This document shows, piece after piece, positions 7,786-17,357 of a DNA stretch of 64,000 bases. How positions within the stretch are numbered: position 1 is the stretch's first letter; each line of letters opens with the position of its first letter. The DNA comes from an uncultured Chloroflexia bacterium. Lineage in GTDB: Bacteria; Chloroflexota; Limnocylindria; Limnocylindrales; CSP1-4. Both the position numbers and the translations under genes were made by a program. The stretch is from contig OY970218.1 of the NCBI GenBank assembly GCA_963713975.1, positions 1,248,001 through 1,312,000 of the forward strand, given 5' to 3'. The notes below the pieces were generated by a model. It was not told the origin of the DNA. It saw only the letters and a list, made by a program, of their open reading frames with translations, and did not search any database.

Positions 7786-10022
7786 TGCGCACCATCATCT
7801 CGGCACCACTCGCCGACTCCAGCCGGCTGACCATCCGGCGGCCTCAGGTCCGGCCGCCAGCACCGGCACCGCAGGGTCCGATTGCAGGTGTCACGGATGG
7901 CCAATTCCGGATCGATGGCCGGTATGTCGCTGGGTTCGAGCTCGGCCCGGTCAATCTCGAGCTCATGGCCGAGGCGGAGCGGGACGCGGCCCTCCAGTCC
8001 CTCGCCGCCTTCTACGACACGATCGCACGACCGTTCCAGCTCGTCTCGATCCCCGCCGAGCGGAGCCCGGACGACCACCTGGCGGCGATGGAGGCGCGGG
8101 CTGAGGGCAAGCGGATCGTACGGGCGTTCGCCGCGTATGCCGCGCTGTACCGCGAGATCGCCGCCGCGCCCCGGCGGCCCCTGCGACGGACGTACCTGCT
8201 GCTCGACGCGGCGAGCGAGCCCGAGCTGCGGCGGATGATGACGAGCCTTGCCCGCACGGCCGAGGAGCGGGGCGTGACCGCGCGCGAGGTCGAACCCGCG
8301 GAGCTCGGCGCGTTGTGGGCCACCGTCGGCCGGGCGGGGATCGAGCACCGGATCGGCGCGTCGGTGATCACTGGCGAGCGACTGCTGACGGCCCTCGTGC
8401 CGACCCGCCGCTGGCCGGCGGAGGTCGAGCCCGGCTGGCTGACCGAACTCCTCGCAGTCCAGGGGGTTGGCCCGGTCGCAATCCGCATCCGGCCGCTCGG
8501 GCGCGCCGAGGCGATGGCGTTCATGACGACGAGGCTCCGCCAGGTCCGGGCCGCCGACCGGCTGGCCGCTGAGCGGGGCGAGCTCGGCGACGTGGAGCGC
8601 GAACGGGTGGGCGACACGGCGACCGCTGCGAGGCGTTCGGTCCAGGCGGGCCGCGGCCGGATCTACCTCGCCGATGTGGTCCTGCTCCTCGAGGCGGATG
8701 ACCGCGCGAGCATGAACGAGCGGATCGAGTCGCTGCGGCTCGAGGGCCGGGGCACAGGGCTCGAGCTCGAGGTCGCCACGTTCCGGCTCGCCGACGCCTG
8801 GCGGGCGGCCCTGCCGGGTCCGGCACCGCGGCCGCTCGCCGAGCGCAACCTCGACTCAGGCTCGCTCGCCGCGTCGCTCCTCCACGCAGCGTCGGATCTG
8901 TACGAGCCGACGGGGCACCTGTACGGGCGGACCAAGACCAGCGGCGCGCCGATCGTGCTCGACCGGTTTGCCCACGCGAGCCACAACGCGATCGTGCTCG
9001 GCCAGACCGGGACCGGCAAGACGATGTTCACGGGCGCCGAGATGAGCCGCTGTCTCATCCGCGGGATCCGGGTGCTCGCGGTGGATCCGCTGGGCGACTA
9101 CCGCCGGCTGGCGGACGAGCTCGGTGGCACGTACCTCGATCTCGGCGCACCCGGCGTGGGCCTCAACCCGTTCGCGTTCACCGGTCCCGCGACCGATGGC
9201 GCGCTCACCGCCAAGATCGCTGCCCTCACGCGGCTCGCCGCCGCGATGGCCGGTGGCCTCTCCCGCGACGAGCGTCCTGCCCTCGACCGGGCCCTGCGCA
9301 CGACCTATGACGATGCAGGCATCGGCCCCGATCCGGCGTCGCTCGATCGGGAGCCGCCGACCCTCGCCCACCTCGTCGAGCGGCTCTCGGGGTTCGCCGA
9401 CGGTGCCCCGCTCGCGCACCGTCTCGAGCGCTGGGCGGCAGGGTCGCTCGCGCACCTGTTCGCCGGCGGTGCGGCGCTCCCGCTCGACCGGCGAATGCTC
9501 GTCATCGGCCTCGCCGCTCTCTCGGACCCCGAGGTGCGCTCGGTCGCCCAGCTGGCCGCGCTGGGGCTGCTGTGGGATGCCGTGCGGCGCGACCTTGCGC
9601 CCAAGCTCGTCGTCGTCGACGAGGCGTGGAAGGTGATGCGCCAGCCCGCGGGCGCCGAGTTCATCGAGGAGCTGGCCCGTTCGGCCCGCCACTACCACGC
9701 GGGGCTCCAGCTCGCGACCCAGGACATCGTCGAGTTCCTGCGCAGTGACTTCGGCGAGTCGATCGTCAAGCAGTCCGACCTGCGGGTCCTGCTGGGGCAG
9801 ACGCCCGAGGGCGCCGACGCACTCACCCGCTACTTCGACCTGACGCCCGCCGAGCGGCGCTCGCTCGTCCACGCCAGCCCGGGCGAGGGGCTGCTGTTCG
9901 TGGGGCGGAGCCACGTGGCCTTCGAGGCCTCGGTCTCTCGCCGCGAGTACGCGATGCTCACCACGCGACCAGCCGATCTGCTGGCAGACCCACACAGGTA
10001 CGCGCCACCCGATACCGGGTGA
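7785..10022 (+). CDS. VirB4-like type IV secretion ATPase
   Basis: Walker A GQTGTGKT, VDPLGDY, LNPF, Walker B VVVDEAW, ARSARHY, LATQ, PGEGLL. Confidence 0.92.
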   Translation: MRTIISAPLADSSRLTIRRPQVRPPAPAPQGPIAGVTDGQFRIDGRYVAGFELGPVNLELMAEAERDAALQSLAAFYDTIARPFQLVSIPAERSPDDHLAAMEARAEGKRIVRAFAAYAALYREIAAAPRRPLRRTYLLLDAASEPELRRMMTSLARTAEERGVTAREVEPAELGALWATVGRAGIEHRIGASVITGERLLTALVPTRRWPAEVEPGWLTELLAVQGVGPVAIRIRPLGRAEAMAFMTTRLRQVRAADRLAAERGELGDVERERVGDTATAARRSVQAGRGRIYLADVVLLLEADDRASMNERIESLRLEGRGTGLELEVATFRLADAWRAALPGPAPRPLAERNLDSGSLAASLLHAASDLYEPTGHLYGRTKTSGAPIVLDRFAHASHNAIVLGQTGTGKTMFTGAEMSRCLIRGIRVLAVDPLGDYRRLADELGGTYLDLGAPGVGLNPFAFTGPATDGALTAKIAALTRLAAAMAGGLSRDERPALDRALRTTYDDAGIGPDPASLDREPPTLAHLVERLSGFADGAPLAHRLERWAAGSLAHLFAGGAALPLDRRMLVIGLAALSDPEVRSVAQLAALGLLWDAVRRDLAPKLVVVDEAWKVMRQPAGAEFIEELARSARHYHAGLQLATQDIVEFLRSDFGESIVKQSDLRVLLGQTPEGADALTRYFDLTPAERRSLVHASPGEGLLFVGRSHVAFEASVSRREYAMLTTRPADLLADPHRYAPPDTG

Positions 10023-10972
10023 CCGCGCGGAGTGGCAGCGGTGCGGGCTGCGCCCTGGGCTGTGGCTGCGGCGGCCTGGTCATGGTCCTCGTTGCCGTCA
10101 TGGTCATGGGTGTCGCGGGCGCCCTCGCCGGCAGCTGGGCGGCGATGGCTGCTCCCTCGCCCGCCCGATCCGGCGATGCCGCCGCCATCCCGCCCGCGTA
10201 TCTCGCCCTCTACCAGGACGCGGCGGCCCGCTTCGAGCTCGACTGGGAGGTGCTGGCGGCGGTCGGGCGGGTCGAGACCAACCACGGGCGCAACCGCAAC
10301 GGGTGCGCGCCGAACTTTGCAGGCGCCCAGGGCCCGATGCAGTTCCTGCCGGCGACCTTCGCCCACGCTGCCAAGCTCGCCCACATCGCCGACCCCGACA
10401 TCTGCGATCCGGTCGACGCGATCCCGGCGGCCGCAGCGTACCTGCAGTCCAACGGCGCGCCGAAGCGCTGGGACCACGCCCTGTACCGGTACAACCCGGC
10501 CGACTGGTACCCGCCCCTCGTCATGGGCTGGGCCGTCCGCTACGGGTACGGCGCCTCGGTGGTGTGGCCCGCCGACGGGCGGATCTCCCAGCGCTTCGGC
10601 CCGACGAAGTTCACGGGCGAGCCGCCCCTCTGCTACGAGGGCACCTGCTACGCCCACTTCCACGACGGGCTCGACATCGCGGCACCGACAGGCACGCCAG
10701 TCCTCGCGATGGCGGCGGGGCGGGTCATCCTCGCGGGACGGGTGGCGGACGGCGCGGTCGTGGTGATGATCGACCACGGCGCGGGTGTCGAGACGCTGTA
10801 CGGCCACCTCGAGCCCGCGCTCGCGGTCAGCAAGGGCGACCAGGTCGCTGCGGGCCAGCTGCTCGGAACGGTGGGGCTCACCGGGCGTACGACCGGGCCG
10901 CACCTGCACTTCGAGCTGTGGCACGGGGCGAAGCCGATCGATCCGCTCACCATGCTCCCGGTGCGCCCGTGA
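10019..10972 (+). CDS. Lytic transglycosylase-M23 peptidase fusion (VirB1-like wall hydrolase)
   Basis: TM anchor; VETNHG, GAQGPMQF, ALYRYN; M23 motifs HDGLD, YGHL, TGPHLHFE. Confidence 0.92.
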   Translation: MTARSGSGAGCALGCGCGGLVMVLVAVMVMGVAGALAGSWAAMAAPSPARSGDAAAIPPAYLALYQDAAARFELDWEVLAAVGRVETNHGRNRNGCAPNFAGAQGPMQFLPATFAHAAKLAHIADPDICDPVDAIPAAAAYLQSNGAPKRWDHALYRYNPADWYPPLVMGWAVRYGYGASVVWPADGRISQRFGPTKFTGEPPLCYEGTCYAHFHDGLDIAAPTGTPVLAMAAGRVILAGRVADGAVVVMIDHGAGVETLYGHLEPALAVSKGDQVAAGQLLGTVGLTGRTTGPHLHFELWHGAKPIDPLTMLPVRP

Positions 10973-13341
10973 TCGTCGATCTCGGGTGGGTCGCAGGCTC
11001 GCTCGCATCGCTCGTGCCACTCGCCGCGGCGTTCGTGGGGCTCGCGCTCCTCTTCGTCCTCGTCCTGCGTCTCGTGCCCGTCGCGCGCCAGCGCGCCTAC
11101 GACCGGGTGTCGGCGCGGGAGACGGTCAGGCTCGTCGTCGCGCTGCCGGCGCGGGCCGCCGCCGACGCTGGGCTCGGGGTCGAGCTCATCCGGGCGCTCC
11201 ACCCCCGAGCACGTCGCGGCTTCGATGCCTGGCGCGTCGGCTGGCCGCGCATCGAGCTCCGGCTCGTCTGGCGCGATGGCTCCCTGGCCTTCGAGATCGA
11301 GACCAACAGCCAGGTCGCCGCCGTCGCCATGGCGCAGCTGCGCGCCCTGTATCCCGGGGTGGCCATCGAGACGACCGACGGTCGCGACCAACCCCCGGCC
11401 GCGACCGCGATCGGGCGGCTGGACGGCCCCCGGGGCTGGCCGCTGCGGGAGGTGGCGGCTCCCGAGGCCCGCATCCCCCGTGCCCTCGCCGCGGCGCTCG
11501 AGCATGCCCCCGCCGGTGCCGAGGTGCGGCTGCGGTGCGTCGCACGACCCGTGCCGCCCGAGGCCTGGCGGCGCGACCTCGGCGCCCCGGAGGATGCGAG
11601 CCCCGGATCGCTTCGATCCCTCATCGGGCGCGCGATCGTCGACGCCATCCTGCTCCGGCCGACCGCCGCGACCACGACTCAGTCTCCTGTCCGGACCTCG
11701 CCGGCAGAGCGTGAGGCCCAGGCCCGCAGACGCCGTGGCGTCGTCGGGTTCGACGTCGGCCTCCGCCTCGAGGTCGCGGGGATCGCAGGCCCGGCCGCCG
11801 AGGCGCTGCTGTGGCGGCTGGTCCATGTCACCGCCGAGCTCGACGACGGCCGCCAGGCGATCCGCTGGCAGATCCGGCGTGGCAGCGCCGGGGGAGCGCC
11901 CGCGGCGAGGCTCGCGGACTGGGAGCTCGCCCAGCTGTGGTCCCTGCCCGACGCGTCCTTCGACGAGGCCGGGTTCACTCGCGCGCGCCCGCTCGGGGCC
12001 GCGCCGCCGGCGTCGCCCGACGGCCTCGGGCTCGTGCTCGGCGAGAGCCGCGGTCGAGCGCTGGTGCTGCCCGCCGACGCCCTCGCCCGTCATCTGGCGG
12101 TGTTCGGCTCGACGGGATCGGGCAAGAGCACGCTCTTGCTCAACCTCGTGCTCGCACTGGCGGAATCGCCGATCGGGGCCACGGTCATCGATCCCCATGG
12201 CGACCTGACGACCGACATCCTCGAGCGGCTGCCCGAGAATGCGGCATCCAGGGTCCACGTCCTGCGGCTGGCCGATCGCGACCACCCGCGCGGGTTCAAC
12301 TTCCTCGAGCGCGCGTCGCCCGACGAGGCCCAGCTCGTGACGAGCGAGTTCGTCGAGCTGTTCGAGGACCTGTGGCCGAGGTTTTGCGGCCCCAAGATGC
12401 AGCACTACCTGCGGCACGCGCTCCTGACCCTGCTGGCTGCTCCTGAACCCGGGACGATCATCGAGCTCACCCGCATCCTGACCGACGACGCCTTCCGCGA
12501 GCCGTTGGTCGCCAAGGTCACCGACCCGCTCGTCGCCGCGTTCTGGCGGACCGAGTGGCCGGGGCCCAAGGAGCGCGAGCGCGACAGCTCGATCAAGGCG
12601 GTCCTCAACAAGCTCGGCGCCTTTGTGACCTATGCCTCGATCCGGAACGTGGTGGGGCAGGGGGTCTCGACGATCCGGCCGCGGGCGCTCATGGACCGGG
12701 GCGAGATCCTGCTCGTCGACCTCTCGGGCGTGGGCGGCGACAACGCGAACCTGTTCGGCGCGATGCTGATCAGCCGCTACCTGATCGACGCCACCGGGCG
12801 CCAGGGCACCCCGCGCGACCAGCGGCGCCAGCACGTGCTCGTGGTCGACGAGGCCCAGCGGTTCGACACGCGGGCGATGGGCAAGATCGCCGTGGAGGGT
12901 CGCAAGTTCGGCCTGGCCCTGGCGATCGCCTCGCAGTCGATGGGCGGCCTGGGGGAGCGGCTGCGCGAAACGGTCCTCACCAACGCCGCGTGCCTCGCGC
13001 TCCTCGCCCCGGGCGCCGACGACCTGCGCGGCCTCGGGCGCCTGGTGGCGCCGGTGTCGGTCGACGAGCTCAGCCGCATGCGCCGGTTCGAGGTGCTGCT
13101 CCGGATGCCCGGGCCCGACGGGCGCCCGGGTGTGTACGGCGGAACGGTCAGTGCACCTGGTCCGTCTGACCCTGCCACCGCGGCGGCGATCGTCGCACGG
13201 AGCGACGCGCGCGATGCGCGGCCGGTCGATGGGGTCCGCGCGGAGGTCCTCCGGCGGGCCGGCGGCGACGACGCGGTGCCCAGCAAGGCCGATGTCGCAA
13301 GCGCCGCACCGTCCGAGCAGCAACGCGGCCACCAGTCATGA
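10969..13341 (+). CDS. VirD4/TraD-like type IV coupling protein
   Basis: N-terminal TM, HLAVFGSTGSGKS, IDPHGDL, VVDEAQRF, EGRKFGL, ASQ. GTG overlaps the upstream stop. Confidence 0.9.
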   Translation: MIVDLGWVAGSLASLVPLAAAFVGLALLFVLVLRLVPVARQRAYDRVSARETVRLVVALPARAAADAGLGVELIRALHPRARRGFDAWRVGWPRIELRLVWRDGSLAFEIETNSQVAAVAMAQLRALYPGVAIETTDGRDQPPAATAIGRLDGPRGWPLREVAAPEARIPRALAAALEHAPAGAEVRLRCVARPVPPEAWRRDLGAPEDASPGSLRSLIGRAIVDAILLRPTAATTTQSPVRTSPAEREAQARRRRGVVGFDVGLRLEVAGIAGPAAEALLWRLVHVTAELDDGRQAIRWQIRRGSAGGAPAARLADWELAQLWSLPDASFDEAGFTRARPLGAAPPASPDGLGLVLGESRGRALVLPADALARHLAVFGSTGSGKSTLLLNLVLALAESPIGATVIDPHGDLTTDILERLPENAASRVHVLRLADRDHPRGFNFLERASPDEAQLVTSEFVELFEDLWPRFCGPKMQHYLRHALLTLLAAPEPGTIIELTRILTDDAFREPLVAKVTDPLVAAFWRTEWPGPKERERDSSIKAVLNKLGAFVTYASIRNVVGQGVSTIRPRALMDRGEILLVDLSGVGGDNANLFGAMLISRYLIDATGRQGTPRDQRRQHVLVVDEAQRFDTRAMGKIAVEGRKFGLALAIASQSMGGLGERLRETVLTNAACLALLAPGADDLRGLGRLVAPVSVDELSRMRRFEVLLRMPGPDGRPGVYGGTVSAPGPSDPATAAAIVARSDARDARPVDGVRAEVLRRAGGDDAVPSKADVASAAPSEQQRGHQS

Positions 13342-13356
13342 TCGGCCCGCTGACCG

Positions 13357-13410
13357 GGTGCGCCAGATGGGGCGCCAGATGGGGCGCCGAGACGCCCCTA
13401 TGGGCGCACC
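13357..13410. repeat. Tandem GCGCCAGATGGG repeats overlapping an imperfect inverted repeat (candidate nick region)
   Basis: 12-bp unit twice (13360-13383); arms GGTGCGCC-n4-GGGGCG and CGCCCC-n4-GGCGCACC. Function is inferred. Confidence 0.55.
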
Positions 13411-13453
13411 GATTCCGTGCTCGGGACGCGGGGTCACGGCGAAGGGACCTCAC

Positions 13454-14341
13454 GTGAGCGGACGCCGTGGACAGCCGGCCGCTGGCTCACGCACGCTCGG
13501 GGTCGACCTCGATGCCCTCCCGATCGCGGACAAGGCCGCCCTGCGCCTCCTCATCCGCGCCGATGCCGCCACCGCCTCACAGCTTGCCCGCCTCATCTAC
13601 CGCCGCGAGCGAACCGCCCAGGACCGGCTCCTCGAGCTCTGGCGCACAGGCGCGCTCGAACGATCCACCGACCCCCGCTCCGGCCGAGGAACCGCCACCC
13701 TGGCATACCGCACAAGCCAGATGACCCGAGCACACCTCGGCATTCGCGAGCCGCGTGCCAGCAGTTTGTACCTCCGCCACACCCTCGACATCGTCGAAGC
13801 CGTGTGCGCGCTCGCCGCTCCCGATCCGGCGGACGCACCTCGCGCGGTCCAGGCCTGGCTCACCGAGCGGATGAGCGCAGACCTGCCGGGTCCCGGGATC
13901 AGACCCGACAGCGTCGTCGCCCTGCAGGTGGGTGCACGCTCCGCCGTCCTGTGCCTCGAGATGGACGAGGGGACCCAGCACGCCCCGGTCATCCGGGCCC
14001 GCCTTGCCGCCTACGGCCGTTGGCTGCCCACGCGCGCCGGCTGGCACCTGCTGTTCGTCGTCCAGAGCGAGCAACGCACCCGCTGGTTGCGCCGCCTGGG
14101 GTCCTGGCATGGCCCGGCGTCGCTCGAAGGCCGGTCATGGGTCGTGCGGCTGGCCGACGTCCGCTCCGATGGACTCGACGCGCTGGCGGTGCCCATCGTC
14201 GGCGTGGAGTCAGCCGTGCCGGTCAGTGGCCTCACCCGGGATCCCGCCTCCCGTGAGTCCGCTGCGCCCGTAGGGTCGAACGCCTGGATCGAGCTCCTGG
14301 GCCAAGGCGGCGGTGAGGACCTCAGCCACGCGCTCCGATGA
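13454..14341 (+). CDS. Replication-relaxation (Replic_Relax) family protein
   Basis: N-terminal wHTH-like region, LRHTLD, IRPDSVV, LEMDEGT (PD-(D/E)xK-like core); follows the coupling protein gene. Confidence 0.82.
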   Translation: MSGRRGQPAAGSRTLGVDLDALPIADKAALRLLIRADAATASQLARLIYRRERTAQDRLLELWRTGALERSTDPRSGRGTATLAYRTSQMTRAHLGIREPRASSLYLRHTLDIVEAVCALAAPDPADAPRAVQAWLTERMSADLPGPGIRPDSVVALQVGARSAVLCLEMDEGTQHAPVIRARLAAYGRWLPTRAGWHLLFVVQSEQRTRWLRRLGSWHGPASLEGRSWVVRLADVRSDGLDALAVPIVGVESAVPVSGLTRDPASRESAAPVGSNAWIELLGQGGGEDLSHALR

Positions 14342-14457
14342 CGCAGGGGAGCCCATGTGCTCGACGGGAACCTCGAGACCGGCGGAATGCCCTCTGGACG
14401 GCCGGCTCGGACAACCGTTCTCAAGACCGGACATCGGTTACAGCTCTTGCTGGCCTC

Positions 14458-16107
14458 TCATGGTCTCGCAGTGCCATGTACCGAGGCCTCGCGGATCAAG
14501 TCAGCCTCCGCCTGCTCGTCGGACAGGGGCTCGTAGGCCATCGCCTTGCAATACTCGTCGAAGCTCCAGCGGGCGAAGCTCGCGGCGAGGTAAGGGAACT
14601 GCTCGCTCGACTCCTCTGCGTACTCGGTGCGCGGGATCGCGTGCTGGTCGTGCAGCGGGTGGCGACAGCGCACGACGACGTAGTCCCCCAGAGCCGCCCA
14701 GTCGCCGTGCAGCGCGGAGCCCGCCGGGATCATGACCGAGTGGTACATGTCCTCCAGCCCAACCTCACGCGACATGTCAAGAAGTCCCTTGTCAGCGGCA
14801 AAGGTGCCCGCGGTGCTGATGTCCTGGAAGTCCTCGGAGACGCCGCGATTCACGTCCGCGCGCAGCTTCGGCAGGAGCCGCTCGAGGATCGCGTGCGGCT
14901 CCCCCTCGGTCCGACCGATAACCTCCTCCGTGTGGAGCATCAAGGCCTTGGTCCGCCCGCGACCGAAATTCTTGAACTCGTCCCAGATCGCCGGCCGCGA
15001 GCTCTCCACCGACAACATCCACTTCAGCTGCACGTAAGCTTCGAAGAGCGACCGGACGGACGGATAGCCGTGCTCCTCGGACCAGAGGGCCGGATGTGAC
15101 ACGAGATGGGCTGCGACCCTCAGAGCGCGCCAGACCACTCCCGTGAGGACGTCGTAGCGATCGTGGTTCCAGATGTCCGGGTCGATGTCGGCCGCCGCCC
15201 GCAGGAATTGGTAGTGCAGCCGGTACAGACGGGCAGCTCCCTGCGCGAGATGGTCCTGATCAGGGGGTGAAGCCTCGCCAGCCGGGACAGTGAGGCAGCG
15301 GAACAGGCGCCCGTTGGCGCGCCAGAACCGCTCGCACCACGCGCCGCCCGCTAGTGAGCCCTCGAGTTCTGCGGCCTGGAAGGAGAGGAACGACGCCCGG
15401 AGTGTCGTCTCGGCGAGCTTCCGCTCACCTTCGCTCACAGGGTTCTCGTAGTTGCGAAGCGCCTTGAAGCCGGGGTCGTCAGGGTGGAAGGAGATCCGCT
15501 GCGTCATGACCATGCCGCGGAGCCAAAGGTAGATGGCGTCGGTCGCGAGTTCCTGGTGCGAGTCGCCGCCGAGGCGCATCGTTTCCCAGAGGTGTTCCTC
15601 TGCTTCGACCAGGTCCGGCACGAGTCCGGCGTCGAAGTGGGGTTGGGCGAGCCATCGACCCGGCGCGTCGTCGTACGCGGCCAGGACGTGGGCGAGCGGC
15701 TCGGGCGAGATGGCGTCATAGATGCCAAGCCGCCTGAACTCGTCCACCAACTCGTTGCGCTCCCGGTCCGGGACACGCTCCCAGTCGGTCAGAAGGCCGT
15801 GGAAGACCGGCTCGCGGTCGCCGCCAAGCGCACCGCGTTCGTGGGCCCTATGGAAGGCGGCTTGCCCTGCATCCAGCGCCTGCGTCGTAGCGCCGCGGGC
15901 GAGGGGCCGGAGGCGAAGCATGGTCAGGAGCCACAGGAAGTCCGGAAAGGCAACCTTCCGGAATGGCCGCAAGGTGGGCGGGATCGGCAGATTGAGCATC
16001 GGCGGGACATGTCGCGTACCCAGCCGGTAGTGGCCGCGGAACGGAGACGGCCGGGATCCGCGATTCGACTTGCGCGAGTCCGCGTCCATCCCATCCATTT
16101 GGAACAT
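14458..16107 (-). CDS. DUF5677-like protein (start may be 15999)
   Basis: C-terminal RSLFEAYVQLKWM and Y...SALHGDW pattern; long ORF. Confidence 0.65.
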   Translation of the reverse strand: MFQMDGMDADSRKSNRGSRPSPFRGHYRLGTRHVPPMLNLPIPPTLRPFRKVAFPDFLWLLTMLRLRPLARGATTQALDAGQAAFHRAHERGALGGDREPVFHGLLTDWERVPDRERNELVDEFRRLGIYDAISPEPLAHVLAAYDDAPGRWLAQPHFDAGLVPDLVEAEEHLWETMRLGGDSHQELATDAIYLWLRGMVMTQRISFHPDDPGFKALRNYENPVSEGERKLAETTLRASFLSFQAAELEGSLAGGAWCERFWRANGRLFRCLTVPAGEASPPDQDHLAQGAARLYRLHYQFLRAAADIDPDIWNHDRYDVLTGVVWRALRVAAHLVSHPALWSEEHGYPSVRSLFEAYVQLKWMLSVESSRPAIWDEFKNFGRGRTKALMLHTEEVIGRTEGEPHAILERLLPKLRADVNRGVSEDFQDISTAGTFAADKGLLDMSREVGLEDMYHSVMIPAGSALHGDWAALGDYVVVRCRHPLHDQHAIPRTEYAEESSEQFPYLAASFARWSFDEYCKAMAYEPLSDEQAEADLIREASVHGTARP

Positions 16108-16409
16108 GATGCCGTACGGGCCACCAAGGGCGAACGCGGGTGCCAGAGATCAGCGCAGCCGTGGCAAGGACGGCCATTGGCTGCTTGACGACCGCGAACA
16201 GCATGCCAGTAGTGCCGACGCACGCGAGTGCTTTGACAATGATCCAGAGGTATCCGATCAGGACCTACTTGTCCGTTGCGGCGCATCGTCAATCCAGCGA
16301 GGGTGGGTCAGCGCGGGCTCGGGCAGGGGGCGTTCAACTCGTACACCCAGGGTGACCCGGTGAGGCTCGTTGGCCAAAGGTGCCCCTCGTCCATCGGGAC
16401 TCTGCAAGG

Positions 16410-16470
16410 GTACACAAACACGTACACATATAGCATTGACCATGCTGCAGACCGAGCGCATCGTGCCCTT
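16410..16470 (+). promoter_or_regulatory. Promoter of the structured leader/Ubl operon with GTACAC-N6-GTACAC
   Basis: GTACAC(16410)-N6-GTACAC-N8-TTGACC-N17-CATCGT-N6; predicted +1 at 16471. Confidence 0.65.
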
Positions 16471-17090
16471 GGGCGACTGAGGCCAGTGGATGCGTACCTG
16501 AGTGCTTCAGTCGCCCGCCACGTTCGATGGTCGAACGGGCAGCGGGCTCCCCGGCACGAGCTCCCACGGCGGTTGCCGTGACCAGGCCAGCGCCGGCGTC
16601 GGGATCCTCTGGGATCTGCGGCGACTGAAGCACCTTACCAACCACATAGCGCTGCCAATCGCGCGCTCTTCGATGCGTGCGATCGCGCGAGGCGTGCCCG
16701 CCACCAGGGCGTGGGCGGAGTCCGACCGGGGGTCGGTCGTCGCGAGGAATTCTCCTCGACGATCCGCAACTCGGTCGTGTTCCGTCCTCGTTGGGCGCGG
16801 CACGACCGGTTTCGGTTCGTTCGGGCGTTGCTCGTCGACGGCTCGTCGTTCCTGGTCGGGACTCTCTCTCACGTTCGGGTGGCGGACGACATCCGCGCCG
16901 GAATGGAGGTGATGCCCCGAAGGGGTTCGATGACGTCGGCGGCCTGCGCGCCCGCCGGTGTTCGCAACTGTTGCGCACCAAAGGACAGGGGCCGATCCTC
17001 GCCGATCGCATCAAGACGGCAGGACGCCGCGCCTGCCTTCGTCTGCCCCGGTCCGCTTGTCATGCGGCGTTCGTTCCACATGGAGGTTTC
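16471..17090 (+). ncRNA. Putative ~620-nt structured leader RNA or ssDNA structure; family not recognised
   Basis: No convincing ORF. About a dozen consecutive hairpins; competing 13-bp and 14-bp helices; the first helix starts at the predicted +1. Confidence 0.5.
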
Positions 17091-17093
17091 ACC

Positions 17094-17333
17094 GTGCAGA
17101 CGATGCAAGACGCCGAGACGACGAGGGTCGTGTACGGCGTCAACGAGCTCGAACTCGACCTGGCCGGCAAGACGGTCCACGGGATCTGGAAGGCCCTCGA
17201 ACAGGTCTTCAATATCCCGCGCGACGCGGTCATCACGGTCAACGGATCCCGGACCGACGACGAGTACGTCGTGCGCCCGGGCGACGAGATCGAATTCCAG
17301 AAGGCAGCCGGCGTGAAGGGCCAGGCGGTCTGA
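17094..17333 (+). CDS. Ubiquitin-like (beta-grasp, ThiS/MoaD-like) protein
   Basis: 79 aa after a GGAGG RBS; VITVNG, VVRPGDEIEFQKAAGVKG then QAV. Confidence 0.88.
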   Translation: MQTMQDAETTRVVYGVNELELDLAGKTVHGIWKALEQVFNIPRDAVITVNGSRTDDEYVVRPGDEIEFQKAAGVKGQAV

Positions 17334-17357
17334 CACGCGGGCTTCGGCCACACCTGC

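Noticed and set aside
10303-10968. N-terminal extension of the 1012-aa coupling protein ORF (likewise the long versions of 1961-3625, 13130-14341, 38144-39505, 44902-46632)
   Set aside because: The extensions overlap upstream genes in another frame; internal starts with an RBS or stop-start coupling fit better.
16471-16633. Retron msr-msd interpretation of the inverted repeats
   Set aside because: No reverse transcriptase gene in the window.
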